This document shows positions 12,960 through 26,057 of a stretch of 64,000 bases of DNA, piece by piece. The notes beneath the pieces were generated by a model. That model was not told where the DNA came from. It saw only the letters and a program-made list of their open reading frames with translations, and searched no databases. The stretch's first letter is position 1, and every line of letters begins with the position of its first letter. A program made the position numbers and the translations under genes. Location: NCBI RefSeq assembly GCF_963506605.1, contig NC_083284.1, forward strand, positions 21,638,001-21,702,000. The letters run 5' to 3'. This DNA comes from Zootoca vivipara (taxonomy: Eukaryota).

Positions 12960-13448
12960 TTTCTGAATTCAATTAAGTGGTGATTCAGACCTTTTAAAAG
13001 CCCTTCACAGTGTGTTACCATTTTTTGAAAAATTGCCACTTCTTACCTAAACCTTGAGATCATAATCTCTGCACCCGCTACTTTGCAAGGTGAGGTATAG
13101 TAGCTACAAGAAAAAGGGCGTCTCCAGTACTGGTACGGTTACCTTCCCGAGACAGGCTCTCCTGGTGCCTCCTGTAATTTATTTTTTTGGCACCTTAGTT
13201 TATTTTCCCAGGCATTTTAAACCGTTGTGGATTTAAGATTGTTTTGCTCTTTTGTGTTTTTATTCCTTTGCTCTGCTTTAAAAGTGGTCTGGTTCTGCGG
13301 TTTTATTTCTCTTCTCTCTGTTTTGAATTGACTGTTTTGAATGTACTATTAGGCTCTTCTTTGTCGTCGTCATGTGTTAAGTTGCCAAGAGTACTGTTGT
13401 TGTGTGTAGGGCAACATATAAAGATCGCAAATAAAATAAATAAATAAA
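12960..13448 (+). mobile_element. Degraded L2 LINE 3' fragment
   Basis: L2-like aattcaattaagtg...ccttttaaaagccctt body, T-rich 3'UTR, (aaat)n tail; boundaries approximate. Confidence 0.55.
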
Positions 13449-13553
13449 TCATTGTTATGCTTAATTCAGCTGCAAGTCATCAAACATGAGTGGAATCATG
13501 GCGGGACTGCAAAACGGTATTAGCGGTTGCTATCCAGCTGCTCTTCATTCTCT

Positions 13554-13719
13554 CTGTTGATTGAATGTGTTATTTGAGGACAGAGTACTTCTAATATTGC
13601 TGTGTTACTTTATTTTTAAGATAACTTTCCCTTGAGGACTGTTGATTGAATGTGTTATTTGAGGACAGAGTACTTCTAATATTGCTGTGTTACTTTATTT
13701 TTAAGATAACTTTCCCTTG
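13554..13719. repeat. Perfect 81-bp tandem duplication with a 4-nt spacer
   Basis: 13554-13634 is identical to 13639-13719; spacer agga. Confidence 0.95.
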
Positions 13720-14769
13720 GGTGTATTCCTTTATATGATCCTGTTCTCCAGTTTCTGTTTCAAAATAATTGCAGACCTGTGTAAGAAAGTGCTAGAAATA
13801 GACAGTACTGTAAAAGGAAACTAGATTTTGGACACAAATAATGAAATCTATTTTCTATCCATATTGTTAAGAAAATGCAAAGTAAGCTTTGCGAATGAGA
13901 GACCAATAGTTTACTTGGTATTGCATTTTTAGGTTAGTGTATCCTGTATGAGTCATAACTATGGTTTTGTTGTTGCTTCATTTGCTTTTAATGAGTGGGT
14001 GTTGCAACTTTTTGACATTCACTAAGGTCTTTGTGTTACGCCCATGTTCAAATTAGCAAAAAGTAAAATTTCCAGATATGATCATCCACCCACTGCGAAT
14101 GGTGAAGCATGAGCAACTTTACATTTTTATTTTTATTTTAAATATACTTGTCAGGTTGGACTGGCAATTCTACAGATGTTAGCACTGTGTGTTCATTAGT
14201 CACTTATTAGGTATTATCTGGGTCTTCTGTGAAAACCCTTATACGGTTGAAATAGTTCAGATGTTGGGAACTACAACTCCCATCATCCCTGACTATTGGC
14301 CATGCTTGGTTGGGTATGATAAGAGTTTGCCATCTGGAGGGTGCCTCATTGGATGCGCCTGAGATATGCTATAGGAACTAGAAGTTTGCCCTAATGTCAT
14401 CTTTTCAAAAGTGGGCTACGTGATGGTTTTGAAGGAAGAGATCGCACACGTGATCTGGGAGACTTCTTGCAATGAATGTGTGCAATATTATGTATTATTG
14501 CAGTTCCATATACCCGTGCTTGTGCTTCGCCTATGGACTGCAATCCTCTACCACATGTTTAGCACCATTGAAGCCTGTATGTAACAGGATACAGGACTTC
14601 AGCTACTGATTGCAATCCTGAGCCTCCCAATATATTTGTGGCTCTCATCATTATATAGACGGAGCTCTTCTTTTCCTTGCATGAGAAGCAGAAGGGAAAC
14701 TCTTGCTGAACAAGGCTACCTTCCTATGAAGAAATGTTAGCCTAACATTTGGGCCTTTTTTTGTTTAGG

Positions 14770-15300
14770 AAAAAAGTGAGTAAGAGGGACTATTATATAT
14801 GTGTATAAAATTGTACGCATGGTGTGGAGAAAGTGAATGGAAAGGTTTCCTCCCTCTCTCCAATAAAGCTGAATATTGAAAGTATCGGAACAGACGAAAG
14901 CACATACTCACACAGCACATAGAAAACCATGGAATTTGTTTCCTGCTAGATGTACATGACAGCCACCAACTTGGATGGCTTCATTTATTTACGTACTTAT
15001 TAAATTTATATCCCACCCTTCCTCCCAAAGGAGCTGTAAGGCAATACAAATTAGAAAGCATGCAAGTGAAACTCCTCACAGGTAATTAAGGGCTTTTGGC
15101 AAATTCATGGAGGCCAAAGCTATCTTTTTCCTCCACTCTGTGGAGGCAGTATGCCCCTGAATACTAGTTCTTGGGAATCACAAGCGAATACCATTGCACT
15201 TCACGTAGGTATCTAGTTGGCCACTGTCAGAAGAGGATGCTGGCCTAGATGAGCCTTTGGCCTGATCTAACAGGGATCATGTTGGGTTCTCATGTTAGGG
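14770..15300 (+). mobile_element. Degraded CR1-type LINE 3' end, interrupted by a short L2-type tail
   Basis: ggtgtggagaaag...ttggatggctt...aaattcatggagg...ggcctgatct; related tail at about 53300-53515; boundaries approximate. Confidence 0.5.
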
Positions 15301-15363
15301 TCACAGACATTGTATGCAATGTGGAAAAAGTGGGATACACATTTGCTGGTAGTTCATCAAATA

Positions 15364-15689
15364 GTAAAAGGTAAAGGTAAAGGGACCCCTGACCATTAGG
15401 TCCAGTCGTGACCGACTCTGGGGTTGCGCGCTCATCTTGCAATATTGGCCGAGGGAGCCGGCGTATAGCTTCCAGGTCATGTGGCCAGCATGACAAAGCT
15501 GCTTCTGGCAAACCAGAGCAGCACATGGAAACGCCGTTTACCTTCCCGCTGTAGCGGTTCCTATTTATCTACTTGCATTTTGACGTGCTTTCGAACTGCT
15601 AGGTTGGCAGGAGCTGGGACCAAGCAACGGGAGCTCACCCCGTCACAGGGATTCGAACCGCCGACCTTCTGATCAGCAAACCCTAGGCT
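15364..15689 (-). mobile_element. Sauria SINE (5'-truncated)
   Basis: Reverse complement of the Sauria SINE with (aaaggt)n tail. Confidence 0.93.
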
Positions 15690-15852
15690 AATTCAACCCA
15701 GTTATTGAAAAGAGTTCGTATACTTAGGGTAACTGCAGAACAAAATTGGGCGAGGAAGCAAGAGCTGTAAAATTAGTATTTTTGTTACTAGAGCCTGAAA
15801 TAAGTTACTAGAGCCTGAAATCTATTAAGAAGCACAGATATTCTCAATGCAG

Positions 15853-15937
15853 GTGTATGGAATGGACCACAACTTTGGGATGAATCAGCTGATCAATAGT
15901 CCAAGCATGATTACATCTGATCTTCACCTGCACACAG
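15853..15937 (+). CDS. NFKB1: NFKB1 exon 3, VYGMDHNFGMNQLINSPSMITSDLHLHT(G)
   Basis: tgcag| acceptor, AG|gtaaaa donor, 85 nt, phase 0 to 1; ITSDL motif as in avian p105. Confidence 0.9.
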
Positions 15938-17568
15938 GTAAAAATCATTTATGCTTGACTGAGATGGTTTTTAAAATTGCTTCATATTCAGAGACTTACA
16001 TTTGTCTAAAACAGTTATGGATTATAGTTTTAAAAAATCCTTCTCTGACAGCCATTAATGTTTATAAGGACAGCTTCTCCCATTATGGTATGGTAGTACA
16101 GTAATGCGAGAATCTGTTTGTGCCTAAATTTTCCGTTCTAAATAGCTTTGAAGAGCTCAAGACCTTTGTCCCATATTGAACTGGGAAATGCCAGCTTCAG
16201 TGTTTTGACAATCAGATGTTGTGTTTTTACGGAACATGCTAGCATAAAAAGGATTAGTGCAGTACAGTTGATTCTTCTTTTCATTATATGGATGTGAAAT
16301 GTTTGGAAAGTCTGGGGACTTTCTGTCAATAAATGCCCTGTTTGTTTCTTGCAACTTTTCAAATATGAAAAGAGTGTTGTTGATATAGTCTTATAAATGG
16401 ACTTAAGCTGCCTTGTGCTTTTTCCTTCTTGCACATCATGGATGATTCATTACAAAGTTTGACATCACATATAAGTAGAGAAAGGGGAAGTACGAATGAC
16501 TTGCTCTCCCTTTTACTGTGCTTCCTAAGCTATGTGCAAAGGAGATCTCCTTTTCTCTGCTTTGATGTGTGTGAACGTGGCACGCACCACGACTCCCACT
16601 TTAATTGACATGCATTTCCCCTCGCTGTTACGTTTGAAGCTGCTGTTGAAAATTGGCTGTTAGTTATTCTGTATATTTACCCTGGTCCAAGGAAGCACAA
16701 GTGGGTGCACAAACCACTCACATCTCCACACTGTATGCAGAGGACATTTAACATACATTCAAAGCACATGGCTTCCTCCCCAAAGTATCTTGGGAACTGT
16801 AGTTTATCCCTCTCAGAGCTACAGTTGGCAGCACCCTTAACAAATGATGGTTCCCAAGATTCTTTGGGTCATGTGCGTTAACTGTGCTATAAATTCATGG
16901 TGTGAATTCCCAGGGATTCATGGGAGGGTTCCTGATTGCCTGACTCTTAACGAAAAGACACACATTATTAACGAAAAGACACACATTATTTCACAAGGGA
17001 CAACCTTATTATATACTTTGATAATCACTGCAGAATTGTTTTAGATAACTTATTTTCAGAAAATTGTGCTTTTTATAGTAGGGGAACTCAAGGCTATTCT
17101 CAGCTGATCTTGGTGCTCCTTGGATCTGTTAAGATTCTTCTTTGATAGTTGAGCAGGATTAAAGTAATATAATACAAGTATAACCAAAAAGGTTTTCAGG
17201 TCAATGTCGTACACTGGCCCTCATTTTCTTAAGGCATCATATGCAAAATTGTGGCTTTGTAAATATAACATTTTATTTTTATAAATATAGAGGCAGTAAC
17301 ACCTCTTTTACTAACTCCTTGTGCTTTTTTGGGATATATAGATTATTCAATCCTAACTGAAACTTTTTCTCAGACCAGAATGTGCCCACCTGAGTATACT
17401 TGAAGGGGGAAGGGTAAATTCTGCAGGGAGGGGAGGAGGAGGGAGTGACAAAGGGGAGAAATTGAAAAGTGAACTGTTATCCTAAAAAAGCAAAATAGGA
17501 AAATCTTAGAATACTTATTTTTTAAAAAACAAAAACAAACTATCTTCCTTTCATTTTTTTGTAACAAG

Positions 17569-17609
17569 GTGATGGGCCATACCTTCAAATCGTTGAACAA
17601 CCTAAGCAG
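17569..17609 (+). CDS. NFKB1: NFKB1 exon 4, (G)DGPYLQIVEQPKQ
   Basis: 41 nt, aag| ... CAG|gtaaga; start of the Rel homology domain. Confidence 0.97.
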
Positions 17610-18278
17610 GTAAGAGAAGACTATTGATGTTTTGAAATTACCACAACATTATTTCAGTTAACTGCTGTAATACTCGATTTAGAAATGTCGAACAACATTT
17701 TGTCCTCTGGTTCCATATCTAGCCTGTCTTGTTATGGGTGACTTAATATTGTTGTTTTTGCTTTGTTTGAACCTGTTGGGCATCTAAATGACATGAATAA
17801 AAATATATTCCTTTAAACAAGAAGATTCTCAATGAGGATGCCTTGTTTTGGCAGGGTAGCTGTAAGCTGTCCCTTATAAGACGTAAGGGAGCCCATAAGG
17901 CATGTGTGGTACTTATACAGTGTGGAGTAGCCCGTGTGGTTCCCTCCAGATGTTGGTCTGTGACTCCCAGAATCTCTGTCAATTGGCCATGCTAGCTTGG
18001 GCAAATGTACAACACCTGAAATTTCCATATTGACCATCCCATCACTACAATGTAGAATACATGTTTTCCCCAAAGGAGTATAGAATAGTTTACAAAGGAA
18101 AGCAATGGAAGAAAAGACCCTAAAATAAGAGCCAGTCAAGAACCGCGAATATTCTAGGGCTCAAGTCTTTGTTTTTTTATACTTTATTTCAGCATTGCCA
18201 CCTAGATCTTTATCATCCATACCTTGTCTTGTTATGCAAATATCCCCCCTCCCCACCATTGTGGCAACTTTGGAAAGT

Positions 18279-18634
18279 AAGGTAAAGGGTAAAGGGACCC
18301 CTGACCATTAGGTCCAGTCGTGACCGACTCTGGGGTTGCGCGCTCATCTCGCATTATTGGCCGAGGGAGCCGGCGTATAGCTTCCAGGTCATGTGACCAG
18401 CATGACAAAGCCACTTCTGGCAAACCAGAGCAGCACATGGAAATGCCGTTTACCTTCCCGCTGTAGCGGTTCCTATTTATCTACTTGCATTTTGACGTGC
18501 TTTCGAACTGCTAGGTTGGCAGGAGCTGGGACCAAGCAACGGGAGCTCACCCCGTCACAGGGATTCAAACTGCCAACCTTCTGATCAGCAAGCCCTAGGC
18601 TCAGTGGTTTAACCCACAGCGCCACCTGGGTCCC
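18279..18634 (-). mobile_element. Sauria SINE, full length
   Basis: Full head and tail; TSD ttggaaagta; junction repeats extend to 18710. Confidence 0.95.
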
Positions 18635-19135
18635 TTGGAAAGTACCACCTGGGTCCCTTTGGACCCAGCGCCCTTTGGACCCAGCGCCACCTGGGTCCCT
18701 TTGGAAAGTATGTTGTTATGATTCTCTTTTTCTTTCTTTTTGAACGGGTGGTTAGTTGATCTTAAGAACAATAGTGGTTCCAAACTTCCATGCCCCACTT
18801 TTTTCTGGTGCCCCCTACCCTATAGCAAGGTTCTCAGCACGGCTCACACAGCCTGGCTCCCTACTTTTGATTTTCCTTTTAGGCAAACCACCTTGCCATC
18901 AGGCAACTTATGGATGGTTTGTCCTGCAAATCTTGTTATTCAATCCTAGTCTACAGGACAGGTACGAACCCTACTTTGCCTGGAACCAGGATCAGTGGAA
19001 GTAAATTATCACAGATGAGGAAGACAGGTACTAAAGACATCTAGCCACCTGCTTTTCTATTGTCAAAACAAAGCTTGACGTTTTTGTAACACTTTAGGAA
19101 GCTGTCTCAGGCTTCTTGTCCATCTACCAGTAGCC

Positions 19136-19271
19136 CAGGCTTCCTCAACCTCAGCCCTCCAGATGTTTTGAGACTACAATTCCCATCATCCCTGACCACT
19201 GGTCCTGCTAGCTAGAGATCATGGGAGTTGTAGGCCAAAAACATCTGGAGGGCTGAGGTTGAGGAAGCCTG
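19136..19271. mobile_element. 136-bp fold-back hAT MITE, variant arms
   Basis: Perfect TIR caggcttcctcaacctcagccc; same core as the 11806 copy. Confidence 0.88.
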
Positions 19272-19584
19272 ATCTAACCCCATGAAATATTCAATGACTG
19301 CTCTCTGCAGTCTCAGGAAAAGCTTTTTCCTATCACCTGCCATCTGCTGCTTTTAACTGGAGATGCCTGGAACCCTCTGTATTCAAGGTATGCTTCTTTG
19401 CTACTTAGCTCTCGTCCCTCCCAATAATGATGTCTGAACCACTATACTGATGTAGGTTGCTCACAGATACAATTCCCAGCATTCTACAGTTCCCAGGATT
19501 ATGTGGGGGGGGGGGGGATGAGCCAGCTATAAGTAAGGCAAGCACTGTTTGAGCAAATCCAGCACCGCAGGAACGAATTAAGCC

Positions 19585-19834
19585 CAGGGGTCAGCAAACT
19601 TTTTCAGCAGGGGGCCGGTCCACTGTCCCTCAGACCTTGTGGGGAGCCGGGCTATATTTTGAAAAAAAATATGAACGAATTCTTATGCCCCACAAATAAC
19701 CCAGAGATGCATTTTAAATAAAAGCACACATTCTACTCATGTAAAAGCACGCTGATTCCTGGACCGTCCACGGGCTGGATTTAGAAGGCAATTGGGCCAG
19801 ATCCAGCCCCTGGGCCTTAGTTTGCCTACCCATG
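19585..19834. mobile_element. hAT MITE (caggggtcagcaaact family)
   Basis: TIR-bounded; aattaagc on both flanks; other copies at 33492 and 36766. Confidence 0.88.
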
Positions 19835-20625
19835 AATTAAGCTATGCACCGTGTAAGCCCTGCATCATAGCCTCAATGCCTCCAATATGAAGTTGTATCT
19901 TAAGAATTGCCCCAGTGCTGCTTCTTGCACGAGCAAGGTATGGTTTCCTCTCCTGAGAATGTTGAAGCATTTGCAGCAAATTCGGAGTGAAAGTCGAACA
20001 TCCGTTGTAGTGCTAAAATGGAAAAAGATCTGGACAGAATAGCTTTGCGGTTGCTTACTCATTTTGAGAGCTATTGTTTTGAGTAGGATGGCTAGCTGTG
20101 GGCTGAAGATGATTAGAATTTGAGACAGCCTCTAAATGTTGGAAACATGTGGCCTGCTTATTTGTTTGTTTTACTGTAGATATCTTGCTTCATCACATCA
20201 AGGGCTATGGGTACGATAAGGTTATGTATCTTTGTATCAGTGCAACAGTTTGGCGAGGTATGTTACACTTAAAGCAAGTGACTTACTGAAGGCCAACTTT
20301 GCAGTGGCCATGTTAGTGTGTTGCAGCAAAAATCATGGTGTTTCCTTGCCATGTATACGATTAGATAACTGTATAATTTTTAAATATTAGTTATGTTAAT
20401 GTGATGTATGAGGTGTCATATTACAGTGTATGGTCAGCTGTAGTTGTATTTTAAGGTTTTAGGGAGGAACAAACCGAGTGAATACATCATTATAACTTTT
20501 GACCTGTCCCATTGTAGTTTTAAAACTTTATTTATTTCAAGATCTACAACTATCAAAAGAGAACACAGATTCATGACACATCAATTACTCTTAAAATACA
20601 ACAGGCATTATACAATGAATTAGAT

Positions 20626-20759
20626 ATGGGTTTCCCAAACCTGGGTCTCCAACTGTTTTGAGCTACAACTCCCATCACCCTTAGCTAGCAGGAAAGTAGT
20701 GAGGGATTATGGGAATTGTAGTCCAAAAACAACTGTAGACCCAAGTTTGGGAAACCCTG
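20626..20759. mobile_element. Fold-back hAT MITE, third arm variant
   Basis: gggtttcccaaac / gtttgggaaaccctg; TSD (a/g)attagat. Confidence 0.8.
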
Positions 20760-21110
20760 GATTAGATTCACTAGCGTAAGGCTTTCCATTTGCACAATGC
20801 CCTCCCCAAATCTGCTCCAGAGATTTGAGGGAAGACCCAGAACAGATTTGCAGGATGCAAGGAGACCGAGAGTAGAGGTAAGGAAAGTTCCATTGCATAG
20901 CCAAAAGTTTTTGCGCTAGCAGATCTACTTTGTTGGAAACCACCCAATGTTCATAATAGCTACATTTAAAATGCCACTCTATCTAACAGCTCCTCCCTAA
21001 CTCATCATGTAATTCCATTTCCTTTTAGTCCTACTTAAGAAATACATTCTCGTTATCTCTCAGTTTTATCCAATCCACAATTTATTGCATTTTAAGGGAG
21101 ATTTATTGTA

Positions 21111-21344
21111 TAGTCGTACCTTGTTTCTTAAATGGAATCCGTTCGACTTCCAAAAATGTTCGAAAACCAAGGCTCAGCTTCCAATTGGCTCCAGGAACTT
21201 CTTGCACTCAATCAGAAGCTGCGTAAGCCGGATCCGACCACATCCAAAAAATGTTCGCAAACTGGAACACTCACTTCTGGGTTTGCGGCGTTTGGGAGCC
21301 AAAATGTTCGAGTCGCAAGGCGTTTGAGAACCAAGGTACAACTG
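21111..21344. mobile_element. Tigger-like MITE
   Basis: TA-flanked; agtcgtaccttg / caaggtacaactg termini. Confidence 0.8.
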
Positions 21345-21547
21345 TATTGCCTTTCTTTCATTGTGTTACTCACTCTGGGGTCACTATGTGATGAAGCGTG
21401 GCACAGAAATTCAATAAGCAACATAAAATTAGTATGGAGCAGAGAAGAGTGAAGTAAAAAAATAATAATGCATTCTCTTTACTCGCCAGTGTAGTAAAGA
21501 AGCTGGCGCTGTGTGAGAAGTTAATTCATTAACCTTTTAAAAACTGA

Positions 21548-21664
<117 letters not shown>

Positions 21665-21825
21665 TAATTTACTTGTCATTTATTTTGTTGGTTATGATTA
21701 TTAAACCATCGATTTGCTTGCTGCTTTATAGCAGTCTTCTCCAGCCTGATACTCTCCAGGTGTTGTTGGACTAAAACTCCCATCAGCCCCAGTCACCATG
21801 ACCAATGGCCAGGAATGGTGTGAAA

Positions 21826-22526
21826 GGCACAAATACAGGATGGGTGACACCTGGCTTGAGAGCAGTACATGTGAAAAGGATCTAGGAGTCTTGGTAGACC
21901 ACAAACTTGACATGAGTCAACAGTGTGATGCAGCAGCTAAAAAAGCCAATGCAATTCTGGGCTGCAGCAATAGGAGTATAGCATCTAGATCAAGGGAAGT
22001 AATAGTACCACTGTATTCTGCTCTGGTCAGACCTCACCTGGAAGACTGTGTCCAGTTCTGGGCACCACAGTTCAAGAAGGATACTGAGGGCAACCAAAAT
22101 GGTCAAAGGCCTGGAAACAATGCCTTATGAGGAACGACTTAGGGAGCTGGGTATGTTTAGCCTGGAGAAGAGAAGGTTAAGGGGTGATATGATAGCCATG
22201 TTCAAATATATAAAAGGATGTCATATAGAAGAGGGTGAAAGGTTGTTTTCTGCTGCTCCAGAGAAGCGGACACGGAACAATGGATTCAAACTACCAGAAA
22301 GAAGATTCCACCTAAACGTTAGGAAGAACTTCCTGACAGTGAGAGCTGTTCGGCAGTGGAATTTGCTACCAAGGAGTGTGGTGGAGTCTCCTTCTTTGGA
22401 GGTCTTTAAGCAGAGGCTTGACAGCCATCTGTCAGGAATGCTTTGATGGTGTTTCCTGCTTGGCAGGGGATTGGACTGGATAGCCCTTGTGGTCTCTTCC
22501 AACTCTATGATTCTATGATTCTATGA
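21826..22526 (+). mobile_element. CR1 LINE 3' fragment (RT C-terminus plus tail), nested in an older MITE
   Basis: [35 protein letters not shown] and [21 protein letters not shown] motifs; (attctatg)n tail; internal deletion near 22087. Confidence 0.96.
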
Positions 22527-25500
22527 CCTGTGGTCGAAATATCTAGAGGGCACCAGAGCTAGGATGGTACTCACATTTTATTTTATTTTATTGTATGTAC
22601 TGCTGCTGCTTGCTTTGGGTATAACAGGAATGGAGGTTGCAATAGAAAGAGGAAAGTCTTGCCTAGAAACTTCCCAACCAAAGCAGTGTGAAAATGACTG
22701 AAAAAGTATAATCTGTTACTGGAAGGGTGGGCAAAGGAATATTTATAAAATGTCAATTATACAGTTATACAAGCGGTTTGGTTTTGTTCCACATTAGTTC
22801 ACAAATTTCACTTTTTGAAAAGAACTGTAGTAGCAGGAGCTCATCTTCGCTAACTCTCAGCCTTCCCTACCTTCTGATGATAAAATGGGGAGGAGAAGAC
22901 CATGTGCACCAACTTGAGCTCCTTGGAGGAAAGGTGGGGTGCAGCAAATGCAGGAAATAAATAAATAAATAACCAAACCCTTGGGTGGGGTTCCCTAAGG
23001 ATTTTGATTAGAAAAATGAAAAGTGTGCTACAGTTGTATGTACTTGCTGATGTGAAAGGTCTAAAGGGCTAATTCAGTTGGTTTGTTTTTATAAAAGGGA
23101 GAATTGTATATGCAAGGCTGCCATTTTTTATTTATATATGCTGGAGTCAGAATGCACAAAGCAATGGATAGCAAATTGCTATTTATTATTTAGCGTCAAG
23201 CTTGTATTTTGCCAAGTAGAGATTTGTGGTCACCTCATACTCCCCAAGCAATGTTAAGCTCCAGGGTAGAACTACAAAGCAAGTCTCATTTGAAGGAGAG
23301 AACTATGAATGCTTATGGTGTTTGTAGTATCTGTTCATTTAAAAAATCTATAGTTTGAACAAGTGCTGAGCAATGTTGCGCAAGTAGGCAATGTCGTTTC
23401 CAAAGCAATAGTGGCAGCCTGATCGAAATCCAGCTCTGAAAACTTAAGACCACTTTCTTTCTGCATGAATTAAAAAAATGCCTCCTTGGAAACTCCTGGC
23501 ACACATCCTTTTTTTCCCAGCAGCAAAGACCAGTCTGGACTTTTTCAGCCCTTCCCCATCCTGCCAATAGACATAATATTCCAAGCAGGCTTTTTTATAC
23601 AAAAGGCAGCTTTAAAGGCTCACATCCCACTTTGCATGAATAAAGTATATCTGCAACAGTACTCTACAATCTTTCTTGTCAACTTCTTTCTAAACTGCAT
23701 TGTTCCAGTTGCATTTTGATTCTGCAAAGACCAAAGTCCTAGGCTGACTGTTGAGACTATGGCCTGATTTTCACTGAGGTGGCAAACCTATGTCTGGGCT
23801 GCACCCCTTCCGACTACATTATTTAATATTGTTCCTAATGTCTTTTATCCATGCAAAAGCAAGGCCAGAACCCGCCTCCCTTAAAACTAGTAGTCTTTTA
23901 TGTACAGGGATTATTTATTAATTTTTGGTATGGAGGAACATTTAGTTATCTCACTCCCTGCTTGCATTCTGCAGTGTTAGAGGCTAGACAAGGATTTAAC
24001 ATCTCTTGTGACAAGTCTAGATTTGAAGCATGTATTCTGTGGTAGGTCAAAGGTTGTTTTGGAGTGCACACCCAATTTTCTTGTTCTACATATTTTAGCT
24101 GTTATTGGCATGGGAGTGCCATGCTTCATAGTGCCATGTGTCAAAATGAAGAACTGGGCCAGATGCAATTCAGTTCTATCTTGTAGAGGACATTCTCCCC
24201 TGAAGGACAAAGGGATGGGACTATGAGATCTGGGGCCTGTCCCCATCCATTTCCTTATTATTGCACTCTGTTGCTGCAGAAACATTTCTCTCCAGTCTGG
24301 CTCCATTGTGGGAAGTGAACCAGGCTAGAGAGGCAAGTGCTCAAGTGGAGTGCAAAGAGGGAAGGGAGCAGGTCCCAGCTTTATATCTAAACAGAGCTGA
24401 TGCACAGCAAATGAATGTCACATCTATTTTGACCTTTAGTGTGTTACCTAGAGCTCACTGGCGAATAAAATATATTTATTTAAATGAATTTTGAAAATAT
24501 GACATCAAAAATGTTCCCATGGTGTTTGTGGAAAGGGTAAGGTGTGGGGTGTCGTCCCCCCTTTCTTAACATTTCACCCATTTCATATTTTGTCATAGTT
24601 TCATTCCTTAAGCTGCGATCCTATATTTGCTTACCTGAGAGTCCCATTGAACTTGGTGGGATTTTGCTTCTGAGTAGACAGGTTTAGAATTCCACTGCCA
24701 GCCTTTCTTAAGTTTTTTATTATTATTGTCTTAATGTTTTGCTTTTTATAAATCTTCCTATGGCAACACCTGTTAGGAGAGGCTGGCAGATAAATATAGG
24801 GAAGTTCCTCAAGGCTACTTCACTGGCTTGTTAGTGCCTGTTCATGATTTCAAGTTTAGCCAAAAGGAAAGAGAAATATTTTGCATTCAATTACCCTTCT
24901 GTCAGCCTACCCTAGCTCCAGGTGCCTCCTTTTCATGAATGGCAAAAATTTTCAGTATGTTTTAACAGATCGTTCTAACAAATGATTTGTTAGAATGGAC
25001 CTTGTGGCAAAATATATTTTACTCCATGGGTAACTGGAGATTTCCAACACACCACACCCCCACCCCATTTATTGTTATATTTCTGAATAGCAGTCCTATT
25101 TATCCACCAGGCTCCCAGAATAGTTTTAGGTGACATCACTTCAGCTAGGAGCTCAGAGCAGATATATTTTCATTACAGAGTTGAGAGGGAGAGGCAACTT
25201 GCCGCCAGCTCCTTCATCTTGTTAGGATTCAGTTCATTGGCCCTTGTCCAGCCCATTACTGTCTCAGGCACTGTTTCAGCACCAACACAACTCCACGTTG
25301 TTCAGATAATATGAAGGGATGACTCCAGACTCCAAAGCCCCTGGTGACCATAACCAGTGGCTTACAACACATGTTAAATAGCAATGGGGATGGAATAGAT
25401 CTCTGCAGGACTTTACAGCACAACTGTCATGCTAAGCAAATGCCACCAATGCTTTGGGGGGGGGGATGGTACAGAACAGAATCACCGTATCACTGTGGCC

Positions 25501-26057
25501 ACTTTAGAAGGATACCGTGGTTGATGGTATGAAAGGAGATCAAGGAGAGCCACTTGCCTGTCCTCCTCCCAAAGCAAGTCATCAAGCAGAGTGGCCAGAG
25601 CTGGTACTGGTACTGATTTGGAATTGGTCCAGATAATCAGCTTCATCCAAGCATGTCTAAGCCATACAACCATAAGAGCTTGGCTTGTGGAGTGAAGCCT
25701 AAGCCCACCTGTCTCTATGGGGCATGTTTGATGTGTCCCATGCAATATTCAATCTACATAGTACAAGCACACAGTTTGATTCTTTCCCTTTTCAGGAAAA
25801 AAAAATTTATTCAGTGCCCCCCCCCCCCTAGAAATCTATCTTCTTTAAGTGAAGGGGCAGGGCCAGCGCCACAGCCTGTATGCCATTGGCCAAATAAGCA
25901 GGCAAGCTGAGACCCATTTCCCGGGTCTGGGTGAAGCCAAGAAGGGTCCACCCAAGCTTGGGAAAATCCCTCACCTCCAGCATGACTGCTGGATCCAGGG
26001 GGAGGTGTTGTCGCCATCCTGCAACAGTGCCCAGCCTAGCGATAAGTGTCATTACAG

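Noticed and set aside
15481-15672. Recurrent short ORFs ending RELTPSQGFEPPTF
   Set aside because: Translations of Sauria SINE copies, not a gene family.
15784-16992. Short 20-21 bp tandem duplications (15784, 16947) and similar ones at 1505 and 6348
   Set aside because: Ordinary slippage products with no array structure; nothing CRISPR-like in this eukaryotic DNA.
17561-17572. Tandem NAGNAG acceptor at exon 4, as in human NFKB1
   Set aside because: The sequence is aacaag|gtgat, with only one AG.
20300-20352. Possible degraded minus-strand Penelope end (gtggccatgttagtgtgttgcagcaaaaa)
   Set aside because: Too short and diverged, and no hammerhead core was found next to it.
25960-25970. Isolated kB-like 10/11-mers as evidence of window-wide enrichment
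   Set aside because: A rough estimate gives a few GGGRNWYYCC matches by chance in 64 kb on both strands, so only the MITE-borne recurrence was reported.
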